NCBI GenBank assembly: GCA_023645945.1
Contig: JALAIB010000020.1
Coordinates: forward strand, 1 to 47,677
DNA: 47,677 bases
Direction: 5' to 3'
Source of the DNA: Diploschistes diacapsis
Lineage: Eukaryota
Shown here: piece after piece, positions 23,495-36,111 of the stretch
Layout of the letters: each line of letters opens with the position of its first letter
How positions within the stretch are numbered: the stretch's first letter is position 1
Position numbers and translations under genes: made by a program
The notes under the pieces: generated by a model
Seen by the model: only the letters and a program-made list of their open reading frames with translations
Database searches by the model: none
Told to the model about the DNA's origin: nothing

Positions 23495-23765
23495 AGATAA
23501 GAAAAGATAGTTAACGATAAAACGTAGACGTAAACGTTTACTCAAAATTGAGTAAAAAATTTGAATAAAATAAAACACGAACTATTTAAAATATTAATAA
23601 TATTTAGATATGAAATTAAAAAATATATAATAGGCGTAACTCGGTGGTAAACGAAACGATTGTAAAACGATACCCAGCACACGAGTATATATAATACACG
23701 GGTCAACAGTCTATTCGAGTTTAAAAATTTTAACAATATTTATATTCCAATAACTGAATACTTAC
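23495..23765. mobile_element. Short AT-rich RIP-like relic
   Basis: Sharply bounded AT-rich patch, rich in TpA with residual CpG, resembling the RIP-mutated Fot1 element. Confidence 0.45.
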
Positions 23766-25426
23766 TACAGGGAACTTCATGGTGACGGCTGGATGAAAAG
23801 GCACAGCATAGATATCAGAGCTTGGAACAATTTAGGCATATCTGGCCCGCCGATAGGCAGCAAAAGTCCAAAAGAGAAACGAACTAGACATTCTTTCCAG
23901 CGTTGGCTTTAAGCGGCCTCCGGGTACGAAGTGACCCCCAGAATAAAGGTTAGCGCCGATTATGTGCGCAGGGGGTTCTTTCACCATGCATCAGGCCACA
24001 CATTGAGCTTTATTTTTGTATGACGTCCCACTAGTCAACGCTAACCTTTATTCTGGGAGCCGTGGAAAGGGCTGATGGACGTGCCATTGGTGGAGTTTGA
24101 GGATGCCATTCTCGATGTGATCGTCCGTAGAACTGGTAGCAATGGCCATCAGCGCTTGTTCTGGGGCCGTGGGGAAACAAGGATAGTGAGCAGTGAAACC
24201 GGTCGCGGGAAATTGGAGAGTTGAAGATTTGAGGAAGTGAAAGATAAAGTGCTGAAGGCCACAATTGGGACGAGAAGAGATATGAAGAAGGTAGGCATGG
24301 GCAGGGACAATGGAGGGAACAGACGCACAAAGCAGCGAACGGCCCGTCTCTGTTATATACCAGTTCGCAGACATGGGGATAGAATGAATAGAGTAGAAGC
24401 CAGAAACGCCGAAGATGCTCTAACAGACAAGGGTCCAACGAAACATAGCACTCCCCAAGAGTAATGAAATCGGAAATCGGCACAGTCACATCGACACTTC
24501 CCGCAAGAGTACAGCATGCAGTGTGCTCTAGGCCTCGTCCTGGTACCAATCATCCTGTCATTGCGTAGCGTGGTCCTAGAGAATCAGGACATTGGGTTGT
24601 TATCCTCACTTCTCTGTCTCACTGCAGAAGCGCCATCGGACTGAGGTTAGCTGTTAAATGAACAAAAGAGTTCTCTGAACTGCTGTTGCTCCGTTGACCC
24701 AACTGCCTTGCTTGGAACTGCGTGAGTCTTTGTTCATCTGACGCTTGGCTGGACTATCCGCGCGCTGCTTCTCCCTCTGCTTCTACTTATCCTCCTACTC
24801 GCTCTTTCGGAGCTTCTTTCTCTGGTATTTTGTGAAGGGCGTGCGGGTCCTAAGCGCAACATAGGGGTGGCGAGTACTGTCTCCTGTGTTGAATCCTGGT
24901 GGTGCTATACCAATTGCTAGCATAATGAAGAAGGGGAGTCTCACATGTAACATCCAGGAAACGCATTTGTAGTGGTGAAGATGAAGCTGTCCCAACGTAA
25001 AGGGCGGCGGGACCTTGCCTTGGGTAACCCTCGGCCTTCTGGACCAGGCTCGTGTTTTGCATTCAATCCAAGTGGCTTCCTCTCGCATTTCAACTTGTCA
25101 CTGCGATCTAATCTTGGTCAGTGGAGTATGGCTTCCCCGAAGCTCGCAGCGCTCCTTAAACCTGTGACTCAACTAGGTCGTCCTATTGGAAAGAATGCAT
25201 CGTCAGGCTCAGGAGGGCTTTGAGTATAAGCTTTTGCCATGCTAGCGAATAAGATCCATATCCCAACGTTTTATTGCTACTCCCTTAGTACATTCTCTTA
25301 CAACAAAAGGAGATATGGGTCCCGAGATGCTTAAGAGCTGCGGGATCGTAACAGGGTCTAACGTTCCTTCATTCTTCATCGTCTTGGTTGTTCAAGTATT
25401 GCATATTTCTCTTCTTTCCTTGAGGA

Positions 25427-26395
25427 ATGTATTCTCCAAACTCTACTATAACGCTCGAAGAACACAGCACCTTCCCATCCATTAGCGATGGCAGTCTCTT
25501 CTACAATCAGTTTTGGAGAACCAGTCCTCACCTTCGCGCCGCTCTTTCTAATCACTCTCAAGGGCGTACTGCAGATATAGACGACAGCCATGTGTCGATC
25601 CAAGTGATGTCGCACCTCCCTAGGTTCGCCAACACGCGCCACGACAGCTGCCGTGATACCAACGATGAAATAACCGAGGCTATCAAGAAGCACCCCCATA
25701 GGCTGACAGGCTTCCCTGGTTTGTCAATAGCTTATCCAAACTAAGCAGCTAGAGAGCTCAAGCGAAGAGCTTGGTTTGGTTGGGCGACGATTAATAACCA
25801 CCTTGAGGACGGTACGCACTTCAATGATACGAAGTTCTGGCCTGTCTTCGAGATGGCAGAGCGCCTAGACATCCGGATCTACATACATCCAGCACCGCCG
25901 TCACAGGACATGCTCGCGCAACGATTCGAGGGCAACAATCATGCCTTAATCACAATCTTCAGCTTGGGGAATCTCTCGAAACCCCGCTGCGTACAGCTTC
26001 TGCACATGCAGTCCTACTTTCTCATGCCAGCCCCAGAGCCCAGTGGAGAGGCCTGCAGTGATGGAACATATGGGCGAGATGTTCCCCATGATGATCGATC
26101 GCATTGATGAGGTGCGATTCTTGAAGAAGAGTGGTTCGACACATTCAGAACTAACTGGGAAAGGAACATCTGGGTCACGATCAGTAGCATGTTTAGCGTC
26201 AGAACACTTAAGATGCTGAAGGCGGTTACAAGAATAGATTGCATTCTTTACAGCATTGACACGCCCTTGAATACAAGTGCCATGGTTTGGAATTTATTCA
26301 AGACGTTGCTGCAAGCGGCATGCTGTCTCAAGAGCAAAGGATATGTTTGTCTTCGGCAATGCAAAGAAGCCGATGAAGCTGTAGTGTTCGTCTAA
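25427..26395 (+). pseudogene. Amidohydrolase-2 family (ACMSD / hydroxybenzoate decarboxylase-like) pseudogene
   Basis: ITLEEH, IQVMSH, NDEITEAIKKHPHRL, FWPVFEMAERLDIRIYIHPAPP, GHMGEMFP, NIWVTISSMF and ILYSIDTP occur in the expected order but across different frames. TAA at 25742-25744; several frameshifts and deletions. Confidence 0.88.
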
Positions 26396-26631
26396 GGATC
26401 ATGTCAACAATGAACGCACAGGCTGTGAGATAGGTCGATAAAGACGAGATGTAAAACAATCTCTTCTGATCTTTAAAAAACGAAAGTAAGCAATCCATAC
26501 GAAAAAAGAATCAATCGAATGACAAGGTATAGCCAAAAAGCAACAGCTTCTGACCCCGCTTGCGCTTTCAACGATTCAATGGCCGCTGAGGAAGGAGCGC
26601 CATACACCAAAACCTATGCCTCCACGGATTA

Positions 26632-27342
26632 TTAAATACTGAGCTGAAGAATTCCACGCGAAATAGCTTGTGCCTCTTCTTCTTCATCGAGTGGTTTCCC
26701 TCCTCCAGCAAGCAAAGAATATAAGAGCATGTCTCGGCCACCAGAATCCTCGGCCTTGACAGAGACCGCGACATCGAAATCTGTCGCTGTGAGACTGCGC
26801 AACTTGTACATACCCAGGCTAAGTTGACGCCCACATTCGGCAACCACGCGCGAAGGAGTTGACATTGGACCGTACTTCTCCGGACCGATAGCACGACCTA
26901 TGAAAGGACGTTTCAAATCTCTGAAAGGGGGGGCGACATTCAGCCACAGTAATCGAAATCCTTTGTTAAAGGGGTGATTGGCGGTGGATGGAGCCGTTTT
27001 GGGAAAGTTGAATGTTCGAGGATATCTTGCTGGTTTGCCTTCCTCGTTAAGAAGACCCAGTCCCACTAGCTTCGTACGCTGAGCAGCCTTCCATTCTTTT
27101 GATGGATTGACCGCCATGTCGAGCGCAAGGCCGAGATCCGCCATACTGTACTTGGTACTGTCGGCTTTGATGATCATTTCCAGAGTCGAGCGAGTTGCAA
27201 CGAAGCTCGGAGCCAACTCGTATATAGAGAGAGCAAGATGGAGCCCAACGGACGAGACGAGTTCTTCAATGGTGCGTTCCGATCTGTTTGTGTAGATAAA
27301 ATGGACTCCTCGACCTCGAACGTAAAGATTGATGGGGGGCAT
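26632..27342 (-). CDS. Intronless hypothetical protein, 236 aa, no recognised family
   Basis: Uninterrupted ORF with good fungal start context (CTCACAATG) and ordinary globular composition. Confidence 0.65.
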   Translation of the reverse strand: MPPINLYVRGRGVHFIYTNRSERTIEELVSSVGLHLALSIYELAPSFVATRSTLEMIIKADSTKYSMADLGLALDMAVNPSKEWKAAQRTKLVGLGLLNEEGKPARYPRTFNFPKTAPSTANHPFNKGFRLLWLNVAPPFRDLKRPFIGRAIGPEKYGPMSTPSRVVAECGRQLSLGMYKLRSLTATDFDVAVSVKAEDSGGRDMLLYSLLAGGGKPLDEEEEAQAISRGILQLSI

Positions 27343-27887
27343 TGTGAGTAGCTATTAAATGAGTATCTTCTGAGATAGATGAGGAAAATGAATGAGCCTG
27401 AAATATGCAGGAAGCTGATCTTTGCATATGAGTTGTTTAAGAATACAGGAATAGAATATGTCAGCTGAAGAAGATACCCATAAGACCTTGCGAAGTCGCT
27501 TGAGGACAGCAATATTGCGTTGCTGAGCAGCCCAAGACGGGAAACTACCCCCTTATGCCCCTTTCCACTTACCATTTTCAGTAGTCCTGCAGTAAGTTGG
27601 GCATTTTTCCACCACAGACTTGTAGCACACCACAACGTATAGATAATCTGGTGCTGCTGTACCTTTACTGATCTGCTGTGCAGATATGCCAGCAATCATC
27701 TAGCGGGAAGGAATAGCAGTACTTCGAGCATCGAAAGCACTCCCTTTATCCTCCCCGAGTTGGTCCGTGCAGCGGAAAACGACAGGCTTGCGTCACTGAC
27801 CTCCGACCGACAGTGTCGTTTTGCACTTCGGGACAGGCTGTCTGTACTGTGCACCTCAGGCAATTGAAGTGCTCCAATCCGGCCAAA

Positions 27888-28956
27888 ATGATATCTTCCT
27901 TTTCAAACCTCATGCGACAAGCCGCGGGTCGGTCAAGTTCTCTATCTCATCAGTTCAGCACTGGCACGGCAATGGCCGCGGAGGTTCAGAAGCTTGGAGT
28001 TGTCGGAGCTGGTCAGATGGTAGATTAACTTCACCGAATTTACACTAGTGCATGGCTCATGTTTCCTATCGTCAAGGGCTTAGGGATTGCTCTGGTCGCA
28101 GCGCAGAAAGCTCGGATACCCGTCAGGGTGCTGGACAGTTCGCAAGCAGCGCTGGACAAGGGTCTCAAGTTCGCAGGTAACAATCCATGTCTCCAACGAG
28201 TTTGCCGTATATTGAATGCGGGCAGATAAATTATTAGAAAAAGATGTCTCGAAGGAGCGGATAACTAAAGAAGATGCCTCAGCCGCCCGAGACCGTCTAC
28301 AACCTTCTACCAACATGAGCGATCTGTCAGACGTCGACTTCGTAATTGAAGCTGTCCCTGAAATTCTCGACCTAAAAACATCCATCTTCTCCCAGCTCGC
28401 TCAGATATGTCCATCCCATGCTATTCTGGCCACAAATACATCCTCAATCTCCATAACAAAGATCGCTGCGGCAACTACAAAGAACACGAAGGACCTCTCG
28501 GCTGCTTCGCGAGTAATAAGCACTCATTTCATGAATCCTGTACCCGTACAAAAGGGCGTTGAAATAATTTCAGGCCTACAAACATCGGAAGAGACGGTGC
28601 AAACATCTCTAGAGCTAGTGAAGAGGATGGGCAAGATTCCCTCGCAATCGACAGATTCTCCTGGGTTCCTTGCGAACAGGATCCTGATGCCGTACATCAA
28701 CGAGGCCATAATATGTCTCGAAACGGGCGTGGGAGGCAAGGAAGATATCGACAACATCATGAAGAATGGAACAAACGTCCCAATGGGTCCACTACAACTG
28801 GCAGACTTCATTGGGCTAGATACTTGTATGGCTATCATGCGTGTGCTCCACAGCGAGACGGGCGATAGCAAATACCGCCCAGCAGTCCTTTTGGGTAAGA
28901 TGGTGGACGCTGGCTGGTTAGGGAAGAAGAGTGGGAAAGGCTTCTATGATTATTAA
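27888..28956 (+). CDS. Mitochondrial-type 3-hydroxybutyryl/3-hydroxyacyl-CoA dehydrogenase; introns 28020-28076 and ~28177-28225
   Basis: Ser/Arg-rich presequence, Rossmann motif GVVGAGQM|GLGIA, DFVIEAVPE, ILATNTSSISIT, HFMNPVPV, DSPGFLANRIL, PMGPLQLADFIGLD and GKKSGKGFYDY. Confidence 0.95.
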
Positions 28957-29844
28957 TCCGTCAATCAAGGTATCAAATTATCAGCTGTGTAAAGAAAGAT
29001 CTTTTTACGTCCATGCCAAAATGTAGCGGGTTAAGTCCTTAACCCATATTCTCACCCCTGCGTTTTCCCCCCATGTCTCTAGAAAGCAACCATTGGTAAA
29101 TGTCTGTGTTCACGGCGGATCGTAATAGCTTGCCATATGGTGTGTTCCGGAACACGCATATCATAGCAAGAAGCGCCGGGTGCTGCTCAAGAAGCGCATA
29201 CACATAGAAGGAAATGTTCAAGACTCGCAATACGTACTCTAGGCCGAGGCGGACGCCACCCCAGTCACAGCAGGATCCGGTTCCAGTTTGCTCCACCACG
29301 TTAGAAGCGCCGTCGGAAGCGTTACCTTTTGGACGACTCGGGAGTATCTTCACCTGCAGGGCTGGATGAACCAAGGAAGAAGCTTCGAGTGCAACCGCCC
29401 AGCTCATCCTTTGTCCGTCTCGTGCTCCATCGGCAACGAATACTGAAAGACTATGTCCAGGTACCCCATATACTTCATCCCGTGACTCTATCCAGCTTCC
29501 TCCCAGTACAACCTTGCTTGATGTTCTACACCTGCAACTTCGCACAACTCATTCCTAATCTTACTTGATCTACCATATCTTATCCCGAAGCTACTTCATC
29601 TCTCATAGGTATCCACTAATTTAGTCAGCCTTTGTGCTACTATTTCTTACTTCTATTACTTTCCTACTTCTATCGCACTTTGTTCCTACTCGACCCAACT
29701 TCAGCTCTTTCACTACCAACCCCATAAAGACTACAAAGATAACAAAGATCATCTACTTTCGCGCATCTATCGCTTTGAAAACTCAATCACTCAGAACTTG
29801 ATCCGCTTGAATTTATACACTCGACTGCCCTCGACTATTACAAT

Positions 29845-30395
29845 ATGCGCTCAAGATCTTCTTCCGCGGCCTCCACCGCCTCCTCTGTGGCTACTATTCA
29901 GATATTCGTTCAAATCCCGAACGAAAGTAGGTCATATCCGCTTGCATCCTTCTTCAAGCTGCTAACAACATTGTAGCAATCTCCCTAAGTCTTCCAACCG
30001 ATACCAGCACCCCGACCATCCTCCAGCTCATTTCCCTGCGCACTTCTATTCCCGTCGCAAACCTTCGACTGAGCCAGTCTGGGCGTCATCTTCCTCTGAC
30101 CCCATCAACAACCCTCGAGTCCCTCTCTTTGCAGCCCTCGGCAACCTTGACCGTTGGCCTGCCTTTGCGTGGCGGCATGCCACCAAAGAAGATTCGGTGT
30201 ACATTCGACGAGTGCAAGGAGATTGCGCAACGCATAGTTGGGGACTGCGACTTCTGCAACGGCCATTTCTGCGGCAAGCACCGCATGCTCGAGGATCACA
30301 AGTGCGAAGGGTTGGAGGATTGTAGGAAAGAGAGCTACGAGCGCAACGCTGTTAAGCTGGAGAGTGAAAAGACGCAGGTGATTCGCGGCATCTGA
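29845..30395 (+). CDS. Ubiquitin-like domain plus AN1-type zinc-finger protein (Tmc1-like); intron 29927-29976
   Basis: Spliced product MRSRSS..IQIFVQIPNETISLSL..IPVANLRLSQSGRHL..TLESLSLQPSATLTVGLPLRGG, then the AN1 finger C-x4-C..CDFCNGHFCGKHRMLEDHKC. Confidence 0.88.
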
Positions 30396-31003
30396 GTGGC
30401 CTCGACTTCATGTGACTATATCTCGGTATGGGACTGCAGGGCCAGTCAGCGATCTTATTCATTTGCGCTTCATGTCTCGTGGGTAGCCTGGCGTTGAATG
30501 TCGTTTGCAGTAGCTAAATGTTACTTTAATTTGAGGTATGCATTTTGCATGCTCGAGAGTCATACTTTTCGTCTTAGATTAGCGGACATGGTCTATTCAC
30601 CTTGCTACATTTCAATCAATTGCCTCACTTTGATATCACCAGCAACATCTTCTTCACAAGCAATGCTGGTAACATGAATTACGATGCTGTCAAAGCTTTA
30701 CACATGGTCCGGCAGAGTCACACTTTGTATCTGACAAAAGACACTAGAAGTTGTAGATGATTTAAAATTCGAGGTTCTCCCCAACCTTTCGCCACGGACA
30801 AAGTTACCGCAAATCCCGGAGAAACCATTAAGCGCGTCGCTTTCACATGTCTCGAACGAACTGCATCGTCACCTGCATCTTGGAACAAACCACCTGGCTA
30901 CCTATGAGCACTTGTGCGATATACACATGTACCGAATGAAAGCTAGAATGTGAAACCCCGTTGTTTATATGTCAATACCGATACCCACTCTCAGATCACA
31001 AGA

Positions 31004-32671
31004 ATGGAAGAATACTCAGTAGAGACCTTTGCGAACCGCGGCGACCCCATCCCGGTTCTCAATGTCCTAGGCAGTGCTGGAGGGTCGGCAGGTCTATCAT
31101 CTGATGAGGAATCCGATCAGCATATGCACCTGAAGTTGGGAGCTGCAGCCAGCAGCATACGTGACAAACTCAATTACCCAGAGTCGCCCAAAACTCGTAA
31201 ACGCGGCCATTCTCTACAGGACAAACTCTTCGCAAAGTTCGTAAAATGCCGCCATGAAACTCAAGGGCTTCAAGAAGCCCAAGCTCTTGCTGACGAAGTG
31301 GACGGCTAAGAAGAATGTTAGACTACTGCAGCAGGTCGTACCTTCGGAGGACCTCGACCCGGTCGTTGACGATCCTTCTGATAGACATTCGTCGAAGTAT
31401 CTGCAGAGGCCGGGCTTCAGCCTTCCGCTGATGACAAGCAACTTTCGACGCTTCAATGCAAGGTAAGGCCTTTCTTTCTATCAAACGAATGTATCGTATA
31501 GATGCTACGGATGCTTGGATCTGACTGTCACGCTAGGATCGGCGTGGTATTCGTTTTTCAAGCCCACCTTATTCGACTTTTCACCTGGCAACGCCCAACC
31601 CATACGCTTTCCTTTCTTGCCACCTATAGCTTCCTCTGTCTCCACCCCCATCTGCTCATCGTTCTGCCACTTGCTCTGCTGCTCTTTTTCGTATTCATTC
31701 CGGCATACCTGGCTCGACATCCGCCACCCCCAGACCCCTCCTTGACCTCAACAAATAATGCGCTCTCGGGTCCAGCAACGGCTCCGCCCCGCGTCATTAA
31801 GCCAGCAACTGAGATGTCGCGCGACTTCTTCCGCAACATGCGAGACCTTCAGAACAGCATGGACGACTTCAGCCGCGCCCACGACCTGGTTCTCGAGACG
31901 CTAACGCCGTGGACAAACTTCTCAAACGAGTCTCTCAGCTCGGCTGTCTTTATCATACTATCTCTTCTTGCCTGGGTGCTGTATTTAGCCGCTCCTCTGC
32001 TTCCCTTGCGCCATATTTTCTTGGTTGCCGGCTGGGCGGTGATTTGCCTCGGGCATCCTGCAGTACAGCTGCAAGCAGAGGAATACTATCACAAGCAGCT
32101 TCGGCCCGCTAGCACAAAGGCATTAGATATGCTGGATCGTTGGATCGCGTCCGATATCGTCATGGATGCCGAGCCAGAAATCCTCGAGGTCGAGGTCTTT
32201 GAGCTCCAGCGCAGAAAGGGCGGCAGACTCTTTTTTACTGACTCACCGGACCACGGTTCTCACGACGCCGTCTGGGATGGACCGGAGGGTTGGGAACCAT
32301 GTTTATTTAGTCCTTCCGCTTGGGAGAGACTTGCGCCGGCTAGAGTAGCCGGGGAAAACCCCAAGGGAACACGGTTCTTTGAGGACGTACGCCCTCCGAA
32401 GGGCTGGGAATGGGCCAATAAGAAGTGGACGCTTGACCTTGCAAGCGCAGAGTGGGTCGAGGGGAGGATGGTCGGAGGCTGCGAAGTGGAGGTGGATGGC
32501 GAGCGGTGGGTCTACGATATCGAGACCGGCAACGAAGGTACAGCGGCCAAGAGGGGGGAATGGCGACGAAGAAGATGGGTGAGAAGAGTACGAAGAGAGA
32601 AAGTCAGGGGCCAAAGCATCGTTAAGGGCAAGGTGTTGACGGGCGAGAAGGGAAAGAAGAGCAGGACTTGA
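31004..32671 (+). CDS. PEX29: Pex24/Pex28/Pex29-family integral membrane peroxin with C-terminal dysferlin motif; introns 31237-31321 and 31463-31536
   Basis: LQDKLFAKLLQQVVP, RPGFSLPLMTSNFRRFNARIGVVF, hydrophobic segments, SRDFFRNMRDLQNSMDDF, EVEVFELQR, VRPPKGWEW and WRRRRWVR. Exact paralog assignment uncertain. Confidence 0.88.
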
Positions 32672-33893
32672 AACTTCAAAAGGCTCTCACAGACGGCCCC
32701 TCCTAGTCTTGCAATGCTGCAATCTCTCTCCAAACCAAGCCCGAAGCAGCCATCGCTACTGAACAGGATAACCTTACAAAGAAGAGCTATTGATGTTCAA
32801 ATTACGATGCCGTGAGCAAGGATTGGACGCCTCGATCAGCCTGTTTCGGAGTAGATGCATCTGAGCTGTTGCCGCAAAGGCCAAGCATACTGAACATTCT
32901 GAAGGAGCTTCGTTTGCAGACTTCAAGGCAGACAGACCCCGTCATTCTGGAAGGAAAAATACGCAGTGGACAAACAGCCTGGACGCCAAAAGTGGAGGGC
33001 TACACTTCTTACCGGACGACCCGAAGATCGCTGTTGCATTGCGCGAAATATCACGTCTACTGGAGGATATCACTTTTCCAAGCAAGACTGAAACTGCCCA
33101 GACAATCGGGGCTGGCTAGAATTTGGGCTCTCTGGCAGTACCCGCGTCTAGTTTTCAGGCTCTCTACCAAGGACATCAAGGCCAGGTCGCAAGGCAGTGC
33201 TCAAAGGATGCTTCAGCTGAGGTGGATTGTGTTTGATGCAGCAGGCCAAAGAAACGGGTAGGAGTTCAACAACCACTCGCAAAGATATCGCAGCACATCC
33301 GTTACCTCGGATCGGCGATGCTTATGTGGATAACGTTGCGCGCTGGAGAGATGAGGTTGCTCAAGGGGAGATTGAATTAGGGACGAAACGACTGGATTCC
33401 TCTGATTAGGTAACAAGGAACCTTGATTTGCCAAACGTGCATCTTTCTTTGAGTCTCACCTGGCAGTTCTGGCGCTGTTAGCCTCGCAGTCCATTCAGGT
33501 CCGCAGTGTATGAAGAGATGACCGGAGCAGCTACAGCAGCTGAGATGATTCTGCATGCATAGCAACGGGCGCGTTAGGTGGGTAGGGCGATTGCAGACTA
33601 TCACCCAAAGGACTGTGAAAGGTGGAGTTTATTTTCGGGAATGCAAAATACAAAGAGCCAAAGGCGGTCACTTTGGGGAGCTTGATCTTGAAAAGGGCAC
33701 TTCGAAAACACATCAAGATCTGGTGGCTATTATGCCCGTTTTCAAAGTCTCGGAGCGAGATGTTGTATGTATTGTTACCTGGTGCTAGGGAGGTACTTGT
33801 CGTTCCTGCATGGTTGGGCACTTCATTTCATCATGCACATTTGGAAGAACAGAATGTCGGAAACGAGTTTTGACTGTAGGGAAGTTTAGGGGC

Positions 33894-33925
33894 GATGATG
33901 GTGATGATGATGATGATGATGATGA
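33894..33925. repeat. (GAT)n microsatellite
   Basis: GATGATGGT(GAT)7GA. Confidence 0.9.
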
Positions 33926-36077
33926 GATGGTGACGTTAAGACAAGTTGTAAAGTATCTTCTGTCCATGCTATCGCATCAAGTGATGCAGGCAGGACAGGA
34001 TAGCTTCCCTGTTTCGCCTAAGATACAGCCGGCATAATTACATTCAGGAACAGGTAAGCAAGTGCGTACGCATAGGAAAAAAGAGGGGTGAGAAGAGGGT
34101 TTCCAATAGACACACGCGTCTTAGTTTCAAGCAGCCTACCAAGTAAACTTCCCGCCTTTTGTTTATTTACAATCATTTGTCGACGTACAACCAACTTAGG
34201 TTGGTTGACAGGCTCGGAGTCGGCAGATGTCTGTTCCGACTCGCATCCGCAGCCGCATCCGCATCCGCAATCCGAATCCATCTTACAGTGGTGGCACAAG
34301 GGTGCTGCTCTGCTACACTACGACGCACATATCTGTACCGCGCTGTGTCGGAATCATCCGCTTTGTAGAGTTACCTTGGCGAAGAAAAAAAAGAAGTAAT
34401 TGTTGGACAGGGCTTGAGAGTTTCCAAAAGGAAGAAGAATGCATCCGCCGTGTGTAGCTGACAGCAAAAATCAGGCTGCGGCCTTCAACAGAAACTGGGA
34501 CTGACTCATCAGCAAAAAAAAAAAAAAAATAACTCGGGAGATTCATAAATCCTCCCCCCAAATCCCCCCCAGTTCAGAACATGCCCGCTTTTTTTGGGGC
34601 TCCTTGTCGGGTCGCCCAGCTTGCAGCGTCACATCGAACAAAAGAAGTCAGCAACGTGGCCGAGTTCAAACGAAGGAACCCCCCCGGATGCGATGCGGGC
34701 TGAGCTTCGCACCAGCACCAGCGCGCGCGCGCGCGAGAGAGAGAGATCCGACCATACCAATCACACAGCGGCCTGCGCCCTTGCCAAAACATCACATCAC
34801 TTTCCCACGTGGAAGCTCATACGAAAATGCGACGTTCATCTCCCGGCAAGCTGGGACTTCCTGTGTGGGGGCCAAAGGCCATCCACTCATTGCCGAACTT
34901 CGAAGAACTTCGTGGCAAGTGGGCAGTTGGCAGTGGCAGTGGCAGTGGCAGAAATCGTCTAATCCCCCTTCCCCCCCCAAACCCATCTGATTACCGCTCT
35001 CACGTGGATGCCCTGTCAGCTTTTTGCTACGTGCCTGCCTAGTACTATAACTTGTTTTTGCTTGCGTTACAGAATTGCGGTAGGACGGCATCTCGTAGCT
35101 TGTAATCTATAGGATAGGTTATTGTCTGTAGGGCGCAGGGCTGTTCTGTTTGTGGGACGAAGCGAGAAAGGGGGGGGGGTTGAGGTGACCGAGGCCAAGC
35201 AGCGCTCCGTTTCATGGAGATGAGGAAGACATCTGTTACACATGTCTCCTCAAACTCTCATACGTGTGGAAGGGGGGGAGCCTTGTAAGACCAAGAACCA
35301 AAATGCCCCCCCCGTCAGGGAGTACAGTAAGTCCGTTCAACTCCGATAATGGTCGAAAATGTCAAAGAGCTCCTGGGCAAACCCCCGGACAAGCCGCGAT
35401 TTCTCCAAAGTCCGAGATCCGAGCCGATCGATGCCTAAGGACGGACGAACCCTTGTACATCCGTATCGGGTTCTATGGAGATTAGGTGGTACCCAAGTAG
35501 CGTGGCCTTTTTGGGAGAAGGCGTACCTGGGACTTTTGCCGGCGTCGGGCAAGCAAAGCAAGCAGGCAAGCCTGCAAAGTAAGCAAGGGAGTAAAAGCGT
35601 GCATTACCAACGGCTACCTCCCTGATGCTGATGCTTCTTTTTGCCCATCCCAACATACTGGGCCGGGGACGTGGGGCTAATTACTTAGTACAGACGGCGC
35701 AGATGGCGCCTTCTTTCTGCCCAGTACTATCTATCTATTACCTGCGTCGTAAGGCGCGTGCCGCGATTTTTTGTGTGCCCGGTTTCGTGCCCGGTTTTTT
35801 GCCCGTGCCGTGCGCCCGGGTGAGTTAGTGCGCGTATACACACTATGGAAGTACAGGATATGCTTGCCAGAGAACCTAACACACCAGGATGAGGATGTGG
35901 TGGATGCCTGGAGAATACCTTAAACACCATCAGGGGTTATGCGAGCAAGTCGAGCACCTCTGCCGTTGAAGAGGCCGCGTCCATGGTGGGTATCGATGCG
36001 GGAGGCCGGCTGGGGAACTGTGGGGGGGGGAGTGCCCGAGGGAGCATTCTCTGGAAGTGGGTTTTGCACAAATTAGG

Positions 36078-36078
<1 letters not shown>

Positions 36079-36110
<32 letters not shown>
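36079..36110. repeat. (CAG)n microsatellite
   Basis: About nine GCA/CAG units. Confidence 0.9.

Positions 36111-36111
<1 letters not shown>

Noticed and set aside
24031..24549. ORFs on both strands, including a KVLKATIGTRRD segment vaguely like alcohol dehydrogenases
   Set aside because: No supporting family motifs, and stops interrupt the plus frame.
34313..34357. Tiny ORF ending in CVVV (a-factor-like CAAX pheromone)
   Set aside because: 14 codons, atypical terminal residue and no precursor features; expected by chance.
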